A DNA stretch of 64,000 nucleotides from Octopus sinensis. Lineage: Eukaryota. The notes below the pieces were generated by a model that made no database searches, was not told the DNA's origin, and saw only the letters and a program-made list of their open reading frames with translations. The stretch is taken from assembly GCF_006345805.1 (NCBI RefSeq), contig NC_042998.1:206336001-206400000 (forward strand), read 5' to 3'. This document shows positions 38,972 through 51,099 of the stretch, piece by piece (the first letter of the stretch is position 1; each line of letters starts with the position of its first letter). Made by a program: the position numbers and the translations under genes.

Positions 38972-39130
38972 TACGACGGGCTTCTTTCAGTTTCCGTCTA
39001 CCAAATCCACTCACAAGGCTTTGGTCGGCCCGAGGCTATAGTAGAAGACACTTGCCCAAGATGCCACGCAGTGGGACTGAACCCAGAACCATGTGGTTGG
39101 TAAACAAGCTACTTACCACATAGCCACTCG
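38712..39130 (-). mobile_element. SINE family A
   Basis: Near full-length copy. Confidence 0.88.
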
Positions 39131-39382
39131 CATATAAATATATAAAATGATGTGTATGTATTATGTATGTATGTATGCATGCACACACACATATATATCT
39201 ATGTATATATTCTACACAGCTGGCTGTGTTTGAGTTTAATTGCTTTTTTTATTAAGGATTTTCTATATTTCCTTATTAAGTCCTTTTATGTTTGATTTGG
39301 AACAAATTAATGTGACATGTTTGAAAGAAAAGCTGTTCTCGCTATTTAAACACACTCACACACACACACGTGCATACACATG

Positions 39383-39415
<33 letters not shown>

Positions 39416-40359
39416 CTGGTCAGCCAAGCTCGTATTATTCCTGTTTCGTCCAATCAAAATCTTCCTTGTATTATTTATGTATCGATATAAAGTTGTGTCT
39501 GTGGAGGCTTTATAATAATAACTCTCTGGATTTAATGGTCAGATATTGATTGTAGATATTAGAGCAAGGGTGAAATTGCTGACACAGCAAAGGAGTTACA
39601 GCAAGAGAGACAGTGGCTTTTGTAGTGACCGGTACTCTGTCGGTTGTGACGATGAACGATCCAGTTGCTGGGATCAATGGAACAGCTTGCTTGTGAAATT
39701 TATGGGCAAGTGGCTGAGCACTCCACAGACAGGCGTACCCTTAATGTAGTTCTCAGGGAGCCGGTGGCACGTAAAAAAGCACCAACCGCCGTGCCAGTGG
39801 CACATAAAAAGCATCAACCGCCGTGCCAGTGGCACGTAAAAAGCACCAACCATTCGTGGCCATTGCCAGCCTACCCTGGCATGTAAAAAGCACCATCTGT
39901 ACATGGCCGATGCCAGCGCCGCCTTGACTGGATTCCGTGTTGGTGGCACGTAAAAAGCACCAACCGATCATGGTCGTTTTTTCCAAACCAGCCTGTTTCC
40001 TCTTCATTTAACATCCACTTTGCCATGCTTGCATGAGATTCAGACAGACTTTATTGAAGCAGATTTCCCATGGCTGGATGCCCTTCCTGTTGCCAACCTA
40101 CACCTGTTTCCAAGCAAGGTGATATTCCAACATGGCACAACAACTCATAAGATGCCAGAAATGGCTAGGTATGATAACATAGAGTTCAACATTGAAGACA
40201 TTGAATGTTGGTAGGATACCATAGATATGCAAGTACCAAATCCAATTCAAGCCATAGACGTGACTCAGGGGTGGGGGGCCTTAGCATGGCATAGGTAATA
40301 AATACAGATAGCATTTAAAATCTTTGATAGCTGTTTCATTTGAATTTTATTTAATGTTA

Positions 40360-40790
40360 ATCATAGAGACCTTTGGCGATGTGCTTGAGAGGATCCATCA
40401 AGCCAAAGCACCTGAGCTGGTGGCACGTAAAGAACACCTTTCAAGCATTGGGGATCACAGAGGCAAAATGACTGAGTTCTTTTAGAATGTTGTGCCTCAC
40501 CGAAGCAATGACCAAGGCATTTGGCATTATGTCATGCTTGAGAAGAAGACCCATCAAGCGAAGCAAAATCGCAATCACAGCAGATACTGGTGTCACGCAA
40601 ATGGCACCCATGCCGGTGGCACGTAAAAGCACCCGTTACACTCTTGGAGTGGTTGGCATTAAGAAGGGCATCCAGCTGTAGAAAAAACCATGCCAAATCA
40701 GATTGGAGTCTGGTGCAGCCTTCTTGCATGCCAGCCTGGTCAAACTGTCCAACTCATACCTGCACGGACAACAGACTTTAAATGATGATA
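40360..40790 (+). mobile_element. Retroposon family B
   Basis: Alternative 5' module and tail. Confidence 0.8.
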
Positions 40791-40992
40791 AAAGTTTACG
40801 ATATACAATCGACCACCATCAAGTAAAATGAAACACTGATCCAGACGTAGCTAGTCACACCTGTTGAAAATTTTAGCTGATTATTGTGGGTTGTATATTA
40901 TAATGTAATCTTTTATGATTGCATTAAATGAAATTCTACTGAAACAGGTGTCATAAATTTTTAACGCCATTTACCTTATGTGTGTGAGTAGG

Positions 40993-41305
40993 AAGGTGCA
41001 TGGCTCACTGGTTATAGCATCGGGCTCACAATCATGAGGAAGTGAGTTCGATTCCCGGATGGAGATGTGTGTTGTGTCCTTGAGCAAGATACTTTATTTC
41101 ACGTTGCTCCAGTTCACTCAGCTGTAGAAATGAGTTGTGACATCACTGGTGCCCAGCTGTATCGGCCCCTTTGCCTTTCCCTTGGATAACATCGGTGGCA
41201 TGGAGAGGGGAGGCTGCTAGTCTTCTATAAACAATCTTACTTGGACTTGTGCCTCAGGGGGGAACTTACTAGGTGCAATCCCATGGTCAGTCATGACCAA
41301 AGGGG
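40993..41305 (+). mobile_element. CORE-like tRNA-derived SINE
   Basis: TGGCTCACTGG A-box, GAGTTCGATTCCC B-box, GTGTTGTGTCCTTGAGCAAGATACTT core. Confidence 0.75.
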
Positions 41306-41384
41306 ATCATATATATATATATCAATATTTAATGTGAGGGTTTACCCAAAAGAAACTGGAATTTGGCAATATTATTCCGTTCAC

Positions 41385-42045
41385 TTAGTTTTACATGTTT
41401 ACACTTTTATCTCCTTCAAAGTTTTCTCCATTTGAAGCAATACGTCACTCCAGACACGTTTTCCACTGTTCGAAATAGAACTGAAACTCTTGCAAAGTGA
41501 TGCCTTTTAATACCGCCATCATTTTTTTTCTTCACCTCTTCCACATCTGCAAATTCCCTAGCACCAGCTTTTGTCACCAGTGATGACCTTTGAAGAAAGG
41601 TCCTGATCAACTTCCAACTCTCCTTTCAGTTCAGGACATGCATTCGGTCATGACTTCTTTTGATCTTCCATAAGCAAACGAGACACAAATTTTGCTGCTA
41701 CTCTTTTCATTCACAATTCCTTGCTCAAAACTCATTGGTAGGAGATCCAGGACATACCGGTCATATCAACATGTTTCGTCAATTGTTCGGCAACAGTCCT
41801 CCAAGATCAGTTCATGAATTTTCTGATGTTTTCTTTCGGGAGGTTGATGATGGCCCTAAACAAGGTTGGTCTTCAAGCGACAAGTGGCCATTCCTCCTAA
41901 AGCATGGAAACCATTTGTAAACTTGTGTTTTGCTCGTGGCTGCATCCTTGGAAGCTGTTTGAAGCACGACAACTGTTTCAGCTGCCGATTTCCCCGGCAG
42001 AAAACAGAATTTCACAGAAGCACACTGTTCCTTCATTTCAGCCAT
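41385..42045 (-). pseudogene. Decayed mariner transposase
   Basis: Frameshifts, stops and a large deletion between the first catalytic Asp motif (TGD) and the C-terminus. Confidence 0.85.
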
Positions 42046-42148
42046 TGCAAAAATTTTTGAACAGGAGAGAACTGCAAAAAGACACCAGATGGCAGGATGA
42101 CTTCACTCGCCGCCACCTGTTGGCAGATTGATGCCTGATGGTTGCATT

Positions 42149-42787
42149 CATCATTGTTCGACCGTGGTTGAGACAATGGAATTTATTATGTTATGCCTGA
42201 CTTCACGGCCCATCATAGCATTACGGAGGTCCTGTTGCTGGATGCCTGTATCCCTGGAGATTACATCAGGATAAGAGAGTGTGCGCCCTCCGGTATCGCA
42301 AGCAGATAGCTTCCAGAGGAGAAGAGTAGAAATTATCTCGTTTTCAGCTCTACAACAAGAAATGATACAGGTGGTAATTACCCATATATTTGTACTTTGG
42401 TTGGATGACGCTTCCATGAGAGATTTTGAGCTCTCATAAGGAGGCGAGTGTAAGTTCCATCCAACCGCCTCTCAAGCTTCTTTGATAACGTCCAGGTTTC
42501 TGAGCCATAGAGTAGAATTGGTTCGACTGTGGCTTTGAAGATTTCAAGTTTGAAGTCTCTACTTAGATTTGATGACCAGATCTTATGCATGTCATTACAG
42601 GCTGACCAGGCCATACCTGAACAAGCCTCAAATTTGTGTAGGTCTTTACCTCAATGAGGCCAAGACTGAATATGTAAACAAGTGCCTGTCCAACAGTGAT
42701 TTCATCATCCATACTCTCAACAATATGCTCTTAAATATGGTTTCTGGTTACAAATATTTTGGGTCATACATATCATCATCTGAAAAA
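42149..42787 (-). mobile_element. 5'-truncated, 5'-inverted RTE-clade LINE with 12-bp TSD
   Basis: Minus 42614-42151 encodes MAWSACNDMHKIW..ATVEPILLYGSETWTL..SIVSTTVEQ* with TGATGA tail; plus 42615-42787 encodes the preceding VGLYLNEAKTEY..YKYFGSYISSSEK; TSD GATGGTTGCATT at 42137-42148 and 42788-42799. Confidence 0.92.
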
Positions 42788-43467
42788 GATGGTTGCATTA
42801 AGTGGCTTGTAGTGGCAGAAGCCTGAACTACAATGGGTTTGTCCCACATTTCAGTTACTTTTGGGTAGTCCCTTGTATGAGAACAATTTTAGAAGTTTGA
42901 TGAAGTAGCAACTAGGAATATCATCATTTAATGTCCATTTCCATGCTAGTAAGGGTTGGATGGTTTGACAGGATCCAAAGGGCCCAAGGGCTGTATCCTA
43001 ACCAGTGTCTGCTTCAGTACAGTTTCAAAGGCTGGTTGTCCTTCGTGATGCCAACCACTTTACAGCATGTACTGGAGGCTTCTTAACATGCCACCAACAC
43101 ATGTGAGGTTACCATTCAGCTCACAAGACTACAAATGCCAAGGGGGAAGTTTTACACTAGGAGGTGAGAGGTAAAATTACGAGGAAAAGGGTCAGGGTAG
43201 AACAGGTTTCTTGCATGACTATTCACATTTGAGAAGACGGGTGATTGGGTGGTGCTGAAGGGGGATAGAAATACAAGGTAAGGAGAAGTGTGTGGGGACA
43301 GAGGAACCAGAAGAGGTGGGGTGGAAGTTGCAAGAGAGTATGGGAGTGTGAGAGATAGTGAAAAGTTGAGGGTAGGGAAGCCACAGCTGCAAACTTTGGG
43401 TGGGGTTGAAGGCTGGGTGGAGTGAATATACTGTAGTCTTTGTGTGTGGGAGTATGTGTGTGTGTGT

Positions 43468-43885
43468 AAAGGCGGTGAACTGGCAGAATCGTTAGCACGC
43501 CGGGCGAAATGCCTTGCAGTATTTCGTCTGCCGTTACGTTGTGAGTTCAAATTCTGCCGAGTCTGACTTTGCCTTTCATCCTTTTGGGGTCGATAAATTA
43601 AGTACCAGTTACGCACTGGGGTTGATATAATCAACTTAATACCTATGTCTGTCCTTGTTTGTCCCCTCTGTGTTTAGTCCCTTGTGGGTAGTAATGAAAT
43701 AAGTATTTCGCCTGCCGTTATGTTGTGAGTTCAAATTCTGCTGAGGCCAACTTTGCCGTTCATCCTTTCAGGGTCGATAAATTAAGTACCAGTTATGCAC
43801 TGGGGTCGATGTAATCGACTTAATCCCTTTGTCTGTCCTTGTTTGTCCACTCTATGTTTAGCCCCCTGTGGGTAGTAAAGAAATA
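43468..43885 (+). mobile_element. SINE family C with tandemly duplicated body and tail
   Basis: Segment from AGTATTTCG to GAAATA occurs twice (second copy from about 43692). Confidence 0.85.
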
Positions 43886-43905
43886 TGTTTGTGTGTGTGT
43901 ATGTA

Positions 43906-44067
43906 CCCTATTTTAACATGTACAAGGAACCCTTTTTTGTCAAAAATTAAGTTAAAAAAATATTGGAGTTTCTTATTCATGGATACTATTATAATCCCTT
44001 ACAAAACCATTTTTCCATATTCTAAGCACCCCAAATCAGGGTGTTCCTTATACACATTAAAATACGG
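43906..44067. mobile_element. Tc1/mariner-superfamily (pogo/Tc2-like) MITE, 162 bp
   Basis: TA-CCCTATTTTAACATGTACAAGGAAC...GTTCCTTATACACATTAAAATACGG-TA; imperfect TIRs of about 25 bp, TA TSD. Confidence 0.78.
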
Positions 44068-44784
44068 TATATCTCATTGAACCGCTAGTAAAACTGGTTT
44101 CACTTCACACCATTTCACTTTGCCACGTTCCTCAAGAACATATCGATAACATTAAGCAATGAGGATTGACAGTGTCTGTTTCTGTATACATCAAGCTTTA
44201 TGGTGTGTGTCGACATAAACATTTATGATGACAATTACGGGCTATGTTTATGAACACCATCGATAAAGGAGGGAATTAGAGATCAAAGGACGATAGTCCT
44301 CCGCTTACCATATCGTCCCATTCTTCAATCAATAAACCATGTTATACTTGGCTACCTTTTCCAATTATATACGACTATAAATATTGTAATATTGAGGAAA
44401 TCTCACAAAAGACATAGATTTGATACGACGAAGATATGATAGACACACGCACACAGAGAGGAGTGGAGCATATGAATGGCACATACAGACGATCAGATAC
44501 ACAGCCTCATAATATCGTTCTTCCCCGCCCACCCCTGCCACTTCTATCACACGTACACTCATTTAGGAATCACGTGCTTACACATCAGATTAATATATAC
44601 CCAAGCCCATAATATCTCTCATCTCTCTCTCTCTCTCATAACAGACACACACACACACAGAGGAAGTTATATCCACCTTCGGGATTATATCATCCCAAAA
44701 AATTCCACTGGTTAATCCCTATCATATAATGAGAAAGTCTCTGCAATATGTTAGGGGTTACTGTTGCATACCCAGCCCCAACCC

Positions 44785-45170
44785 ACTCAAAAGTACCTTG
44801 GATCGTAGGGTGACTTGCTGTGCTTGATGAGACCTATTGAGTCAAGTACATCAAAATCAAATGGAAATTGTAGTTGTGATCCCCGTGCCGGTGGCATGTA
44901 AAAAGCACCATCCGAATATGGCTGATGCCAGTGCCGCTTTGACTGGCTTCTGTGCTGGTGGCGCGTAAAGGACACCAAGCAATCATGGTCATTGCCAGAC
45001 CCTCTACACCCACTACACTCTCTGAGTGGTTGACGTTAGGAAGGGCATCCAGTTGTAGAAACCATGCCAGATCAGACTGGAGCCTGGTGCAGCCTCCTAG
45101 CTTCCCAGACTCCAGTTAAACCGTCCAACCCATGCCAGTATAGACAACGGATGTTAAATGATGATGATGA
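44785..45170 (+). mobile_element. Retroposon family B
   Basis: Modules and tail. Confidence 0.82.
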
Positions 45171-45268
45171 CATTGAAAGAAAAAAAGGGATAGGGGCTAG
45201 AACAGAAACATATGTAGGCTTTTTCATATCTCCCATTTTCTTTCTCTTTCAGTATATATATATATATA

Positions 45269-46015
45269 ATCATCATGCAGTGTTTTAAATCTAGGTTTTG
45301 TCCCTGTTAACGGGGATGGCTGGATTTACTTCAATGCCTTAGCAACCACCCTCACACCATCTTGCCCGGTTTTGGGCATCCTCCTTTTCCAAACCAACCC
45401 TCCCAATCTCCTCCTCCTCCACCTGTCTCTTCCACACTTTCTTTGATCTACCTCGCTTTTGTGCTCCATTTACCTCAAACGCAATCACCCTTGTCAGAGA
45501 ATGCCCTTCATCCCTGCTCACACCATTCACTCTTGCCAGCCGTTCTACCGATTCCTCCAACCCCAGCATCTTCATCAAGTCCTCAGTCCTCCTCTTATCC
45601 AAAAGCTTTACACATTTCTCTCACCATTGCTCTCTCAGTCCTTCTCAAAATTGCCCTCTTTCTCTCCCCCAGACACCCTGTCTCACTCCCATACAGCATT
45701 GCAGCTCTCACTCTTATAGACCCCTTCTTTCATCTATAATGAGAACCTTTTCCCATTCCACAAACTTCAACCAGCCAAGTCTTGTTCTTGCTGTCACAGC
45801 TGCTTCACATCCACCACTTGCATCCACTCTATCTCCCAAATAACAAAACCCTCTCACTGTCTCCACCTCATCACGTAGTGTTTCCACTGGTTCCGCCAGC
45901 CCTCCACCTCCTTTCTCACATCTTCCACAAACAAACTCTCTTGCCAATCTTGGGGTCATCTTCTTCATTTTTGTACATCTACCATGAATCCATTTCTCAC
46001 ATCTCGTACACAAGA
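45269..46015 (-). mobile_element. 5'-truncated decayed RTE (BovB-like) LINE
   Basis: CTRCEKWIHGRC..FVCGRC, EVETVRGFCYLGD..ASGGCEAAVTARTRLGWLKF, DLMKMLGLEESVERLARVNGV, KRGRSKKVWKRQVEEE..EDAQNRARW; 3' end GTAAATCCAGCCATCCCCGTT...ATGATGAT. Confidence 0.88.
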
Positions 46016-46025
46016 AAGCCTCATG

Positions 46026-46067
<42 letters not shown>

Positions 46068-46509
46068 AATGGGCTTCTTTCAGTTTCCATCTACCAAATT
46101 CACTCACAAGGCTTTAGTCACTTTGCAGCTGTAGTAGGAGACACTTGTGCAAGGCATCACACAATGAGATTGAACCCAGAACCATGTGTTTGGGAAGCAA
46201 ACTCCTTACCACACAGCCACTCCTGTGTCTGGTACTTATCCTATCAGTCTGTTTTGGTGAATTGCTAAGTTACAAACACACAAATAAGTGGTAGAGGAGA
46301 ACACAGATACATTAACACACACACACACTGATGCACACCTATATGTATATAACAGGCTTCTTTCAGTTTCCGTCTACCAAACAAACTCACAAGGCTTTGG
46401 CCAGCCTGTGGCTGTAGTAGAAGACACATGCCCAAGGTGCTCCACAGTGGAATTGAACCTTGAACCATGTGATTGGGAGGCAAGCTTCTTACCACACAGC
46501 CACTCCTGC

Positions 46510-46803
46510 AAGCGAGGTCGTTGCCAGTGCTGCTGGACTGGCTTGTGTGCAGGTGGCACATAAAAAGCACCATCTGAGCATGGCCGTTGCCAATATCGCC
46601 TGACTGGCCCTCGTGCCAGTGGCATGTAAAAGCACCCGCTACACTCTCGGAGTGGTTGGCATTAGGAAGGGCATCCAGCTGTAGAAACACTGCCAGATCA
46701 GATTGGAGTCTGGTGCAGCCCTCTGGTTTGCCAGACCTCAGTCAAATCGTCCAACCCATGCCAGCATGGAAAGCAGACGTTAAACGATGATGATGATGAT
46801 GAT
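46510..46803 (+). mobile_element. Retroposon family B
   Basis: Modules and tail. Confidence 0.82.
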
Positions 46804-46819
46804 ATATATATATAATCTT

Positions 46820-47165
46820 TTTTCATTCGTTAAACTGAGGCCATGCTGTGGCATTGCCTTGGCCCACTTTGAAAGTTTAGTAGATGAATGAATTGACCTC
46901 AGTCACTGTTTCCTTTCTATTGACCTCTGTTGCCGAACTGCTAAGTTACAGAAATGTAAACATACCAACATCGGTTGTCAAGTGGCAGTGGTCGGACACA
47001 CACATTTATATGACAGTCTTCTACCAGTTTCCATTTACCGAATCCACTTGCAAGGCCTTGGCCAATCCAAGGCTATACTAGACAGACGCTTGCCCAAGGT
47101 GCTCCACAGTGGGACTGAACCTGGAACCACGTGGTTGGGAACAAACTTCTTGCCCCACAGCCACA
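46820..47165 (-). mobile_element. SINE family A, diverged
   Basis: Diverged similarity to family A. Confidence 0.72.
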
Positions 47166-48060
47166 TCTGTGCCCCTGTACGTGTGCATGCGTCTGATCAA
47201 TCCTTTGCTTTATTTATATGAAAATACACATAAAAGATTTTTAACAGCCAATCAATGCTCAATTAGACTAAGTGATGGCATACGAACAAATTATTGATCT
47301 GCTGTGGTATTGATTCACAGCAGATGTAAAAGTACGTGGGTAAATGTAACTACAACACCAACAACAACAACAATATTGATTTAAACCAGGTGTAAAAAGT
47401 ACATGGAGGAGAATTCTGTATTGTGTACATGTACACATCATCATCATCATCATGGTCATGTTACATCCATTTTACTTCGTTGGCATGGGTTGGATGAGTT
47501 GTTTTCCAAGACAGATCTCATTAAGTGCTTTTGCCCTTTTATCTTCTATCTTTCACTGGTTTCAGCCATTAGACTGTGGCCATGCTGGGGCATCACTTGA
47601 GAAGATTTTAGTTGAATGAATCGACTCAATACTTATTTTTGATTACATTTAAAGCCTGTTAATTATTCTATCAGTCTCATTTGCCAAACTACTAGGTTAT
47701 GGGAACATAGACACACCACCAACAGTTGTCAAACAGTGGTGAGGGCCAAACATAGACATTCTCCCTATCTCTCTCTCTCTCTATATATATATATACACAC
47801 ATGTACAAATATATTCATAAAGTATTGGGTAGCGAAATTTTAGAAATTTCCCTACCAGTGGCCTAGCATGTATAAAAAGTAATAGACAACATATTTTCCA
47901 TACAAAATCAGTGTACATTGAAACACAAAAGAAGTGACTCTTAACAGGCAGCCTTACATGCTGGAAGTAGCAGTCAAAATTACCAAAACTACATTTAAGA
48001 GCAATTTCGAAGGGAAGGAAAGATAAAAATTTTTACCTTGTTTTTTTACATGTACAAATA

Positions 48061-48085
48061 TATATATACATACATACATACATAC

Positions 48086-48122
<37 letters not shown>
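48061..48122. repeat. (TACA)n/(TA)n microsatellite at the LINE 3' junction (one of dozens of microsatellites in the window)
   Basis: Direct reading. Confidence 0.95.
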
Positions 48123-48125
<3 letters not shown>

Positions 48126-48210
48126 AGTTAGTTAGTTAGTTAGTTAATTTGGCTCAAAAGCAAATAGCAAGGCCATGTAGGGGGACATGGAGTTAAGTAC
48201 AGGGTGGTGT

Positions 48211-51099
48211 TCATGTAAAGAGTTCAGGCCACTTGAGGTCCAGGGAGGCTTTGAACAAAGCGGTCGTTGGCATCTTCACCATCTCATCTGGCAGCTTGTT
48301 CCATGGATCCGCAACCCGGACGGAGAAAGCTCCTCTCCTTCGATTGAGATGAAATCGTCGCAGGTAGAGCTTTTCGGAATGACCCCGCAGCCGACGCTCC
48401 GGAGCAGGAGTGAAGAACAGCTCTTTTGAGAGGTTACACTTCCCGCTTATGATGTTGTGGGCGAGAATGAGATCACCACGGCGGCGGCGCTTTTCAAGAG
48501 AATAAAGGTCGAGCGTCCTCAGCCTTTCTTCGTAGGACAAATTTTTGAGACCATGAACCAGGCGGGTAGCCAGCCTCTGGACTCTTTCGAGGTGCTGTAT
48601 GTCTTTGAGGAGATAAGGAGAAGAGGCTTGAATCCCATACTCCAATATGGGTCTCACCAGCGTGACATAGAGTGGCAGGAATATGGCTGCTGTGAGCACT
48701 CCGAATGACCGTCGAATCAAAAACAGAATTCCGCACGCTTTGTTGGCAGCATGGACGCACTGGGCTGAAGGCAAAAAGGAGGAATCCACCAAGATACCCA
48801 GGTCCTTTACCTGATCGGTCCTCTCCAGCAGCAGACGACCCGGCTCGAAATCAAGTTGAGTTGCTGGAGTAGAGCCGACAGGCAGATGACAGCACTTTGA
48901 CACGTACAGACACAGGTCCCAATCGTTAGACCACTTCCAAATTTGGTGGAGGCATCGACGAAGATCCTCTATACTACCGCGAGGAGCGACCAGTTTGATA
49001 TCGTCGGCAAATAGAAGGGTGTGTTGCGTGAGGTCGTCGGGCAAGTCATTTATGAAGACTAAGAACAACAAGGGCCCAAGCACTGAACCTTGAGGCACGC
49101 CACTGCTCGCACTGGAGACGTCGGACCGCGAACCATTAACTTGAACTTGGAAGGAGCGATCTGAGAGGAAGGCACCAACCCATCGTACAATATCCGGATG
49201 GAAACTATATGCTTGAAGCTTGACAAGTAGTAGGCGGTGGTTTACCAAGTCAAAAGCTTTGGCAAAGTCCAATAAAACGATGTCAACAGCATCACTATCA
49301 TCGAGGATGCGCGTCACCAATTCTTCCATTACTAGTAAGTTGGTCAAGCATGATCTCTTCGGCACGAAGCCGTGTTGGGAATCAGTGATCGAGGCTGTGC
49401 TTAGGAGGTGGAGCATCATACTTTTCTTAAGGATGGTTTCGAACATCTTGCTGATTATTGATGTAAGGGAAACCGGTCGGTAGTTAAGCGGGTCTTCGCG
49501 GCTCCCTTTCTTGAAAATTGGGCAGATTATCGCTGTTCTCCAGTCTGCAGGTATAACACCCGTCGCCAATGACATATTGAATAGTCGTGTTAAGGGCTCG
49601 CAGATGACCGGAGCCAACGCTTTGATAACCCGTGGGTGTATGCCGTCAGGGCCGTGACCCTTGTTGACATCAAGGCCTTGAATAACACGTTTGACTTGGT
49701 CCCGCGTGATGATCAATCGAAGCATTGGAGGTACCGATCTATCAAATGGAGGGGGTTCATGACCATCATCTTGTTTGAAAATAGTTGAAAAAGCCTCGGC
49801 AAATAATTGACTCTGTTGATAAGGGTCCTCAATCGATACGCCTGTTGAGTCTACCAATGTTACAATCTGGTTGTTCAAGCGGGAATTCCGCTGGACATGG
49901 GCAAAGAAGGTTTTTGGATTGCTACTGGCATTTGCCGCGATTTTGTATTCATAACTGAAGCGTTCTTTCTTTTCAATTTTCCCGGCTCGGTCTCGTTGAG
50001 TTTTGTACACCTCAAAAGCTGCAGTCGAATCCAGATTTTTGAATTCAGCCCAAGCAATATCTCTGAGTCGACGTTCTCGTTTAACCTTCTTCGTCACCCA
50101 GGGCTTGTGTTTCTTCCTCTTGGGAAGTCCAACGGGAACTGCCTGGTCAGTCAAACAGATTACATATGCTTTGAGGGATGACCATAGTTCGTCAACTGAG
50201 GACAACGTCATCAGGGAACGCCAGTCCAGAAGCACGGAAGCCTCGGTTAGAATTTCAAGATTAATTGCAGAGAAGACTCTACGTGGCAGCGAAGTAATCG
50301 TGGGCGTGGAAAAAGTTGTGTGCATGACGAACTTCAGGACCGCATGATCACTCTTGGCAAGAGGGGCGCACACAGATACGTCTGACACTGATCTTGGATA
50401 GCGGGAGAATACCAGATCTAGCATAGATGGCTGCTGCCCAGACCGATGCCTTGTCGGATATTCAACATGTTGCGATAGAAAACAATCTTCAGCCACGTCA
50501 AGAAGGGCCTGGCCGAACCGGGAAGATGTTGTACAAATTGATGCGGGCCAATCGATCATGGGAGCGTTGAAGTCGCCTAGTACCAAGCAGTCATGCGAAG
50601 CTGAAACGAATCTTATCGCCTCGAGTAGATGAGCATCGTCCTGGGGGTCGGCTAGAGGCGGCCTGTAGACAGCCAACACGGGCAGGCAAAACTCAGATAG
50701 GCTCAGCTTGCAATAGACGGCATCGAATTTGGTTGTAGGTTGAGCATTTGTGGGTAGAATACCGCAGGACGGTTTGTGCTCAGACTTAACATACACAGCA
50801 ACACCTCCACCTCGCCTTTTTCCTCTGTCACATCTGAAAAGGACGTAGCCCTGCAGGTGGATCTCTGAGTCCTTTACTGCTGGAGTCAGCCAAGTCTCGG
50901 TGATAGCTATCACATCAGGGGAGTCGCGTAGGGCCAGTGTAAATAGTTCACTGAACTTTGGGAATAAGGAGCACGAGTTGGTGTAGACGATGCTGAGCTG
51001 TGAAGTCTGAGGGGCGGGAGTTGGGGAACAAGCAGAATAAAGGGCATCAGAGATAGCATCATTGACGGGGGTATCAACTTCACTTCGATTTGCCCTCAC
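48211..51099 (-). CDS. LINE ORF2: apurinic-like endonuclease + reverse transcriptase (962 aa from GTG; frame open from 51156)
   Basis: APE motifs VYTNSCSL, DVIAITETWL, GGGVAVYV, VYRPP, VLGDFNAP, LDLVF, SDH; RT motifs GPDGI, NYRPVSLTS, QHGF, LDFAKAFD, GVPQGSVLGPLLF, FADD, KDLGI; CR1-like C-terminus ERVQRLATR...RRRRGDLI. Confidence 0.97.
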   Translation of the reverse strand: MRANRSEVDTPVNDAISDALYSACSPTPAPQTSQLSIVYTNSCSLFPKFSELFTLALRDSPDVIAITETWLTPAVKDSEIHLQGYVLFRCDRGKRRGGGVAVYVKSEHKPSCGILPTNAQPTTKFDAVYCKLSLSEFCLPVLAVYRPPLADPQDDAHLLEAIRFVSASHDCLVLGDFNAPMIDWPASICTTSSRFGQALLDVAEDCFLSQHVEYPTRHRSGQQPSMLDLVFSRYPRSVSDVSVCAPLAKSDHAVLKFVMHTTFSTPTITSLPRRVFSAINLEILTEASVLLDWRSLMTLSSVDELWSSLKAYVICLTDQAVPVGLPKRKKHKPWVTKKVKRERRLRDIAWAEFKNLDSTAAFEVYKTQRDRAGKIEKKERFSYEYKIAANASSNPKTFFAHVQRNSRLNNQIVTLVDSTGVSIEDPYQQSQLFAEAFSTIFKQDDGHEPPPFDRSVPPMLRLIITRDQVKRVIQGLDVNKGHGPDGIHPRVIKALAPVICEPLTRLFNMSLATGVIPADWRTAIICPIFKKGSREDPLNYRPVSLTSIISKMFETILKKSMMLHLLSTASITDSQHGFVPKRSCLTNLLVMEELVTRILDDSDAVDIVLLDFAKAFDLVNHRLLLVKLQAYSFHPDIVRWVGAFLSDRSFQVQVNGSRSDVSSASSGVPQGSVLGPLLFLVFINDLPDDLTQHTLLFADDIKLVAPRGSIEDLRRCLHQIWKWSNDWDLCLYVSKCCHLPVGSTPATQLDFEPGRLLLERTDQVKDLGILVDSSFLPSAQCVHAANKACGILFLIRRSFGVLTAAIFLPLYVTLVRPILEYGIQASSPYLLKDIQHLERVQRLATRLVHGLKNLSYEERLRTLDLYSLEKRRRRGDLILAHNIISGKCNLSKELFFTPAPERRLRGHSEKLYLRRFHLNRRRGAFSVRVADPWNKLPDEMVKMPTTALFKASLDLKWPELFT

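Larger units (their letters stand above)
41335..42875 (-). mobile_element. Mariner DNA transposon relic, internally deleted, interrupted by an RTE insertion
   Basis: Degenerate TIRs (TGAGGGTTTACCCAAAAGAAACTGGAAT at 41335; ATTTCAGTTACTTTTGGGTAGTCCCTTG-TA ending 42877); transposase N-terminus MAEMKEQCASVKFCFL.GKSAAETVV..KTQVYKWF, KRVAAKFV, KVITGDKSW, and C-terminus EFADVEEVKKK...NGENFEGDKSVNM. Confidence 0.9.

Noticed and set aside
47827-47856. 12-bp hairpin GGTAGCGAAATT / AATTTCCCTACC
   Set aside because: Single short palindrome with no second copy or TSD; cannot be assigned.
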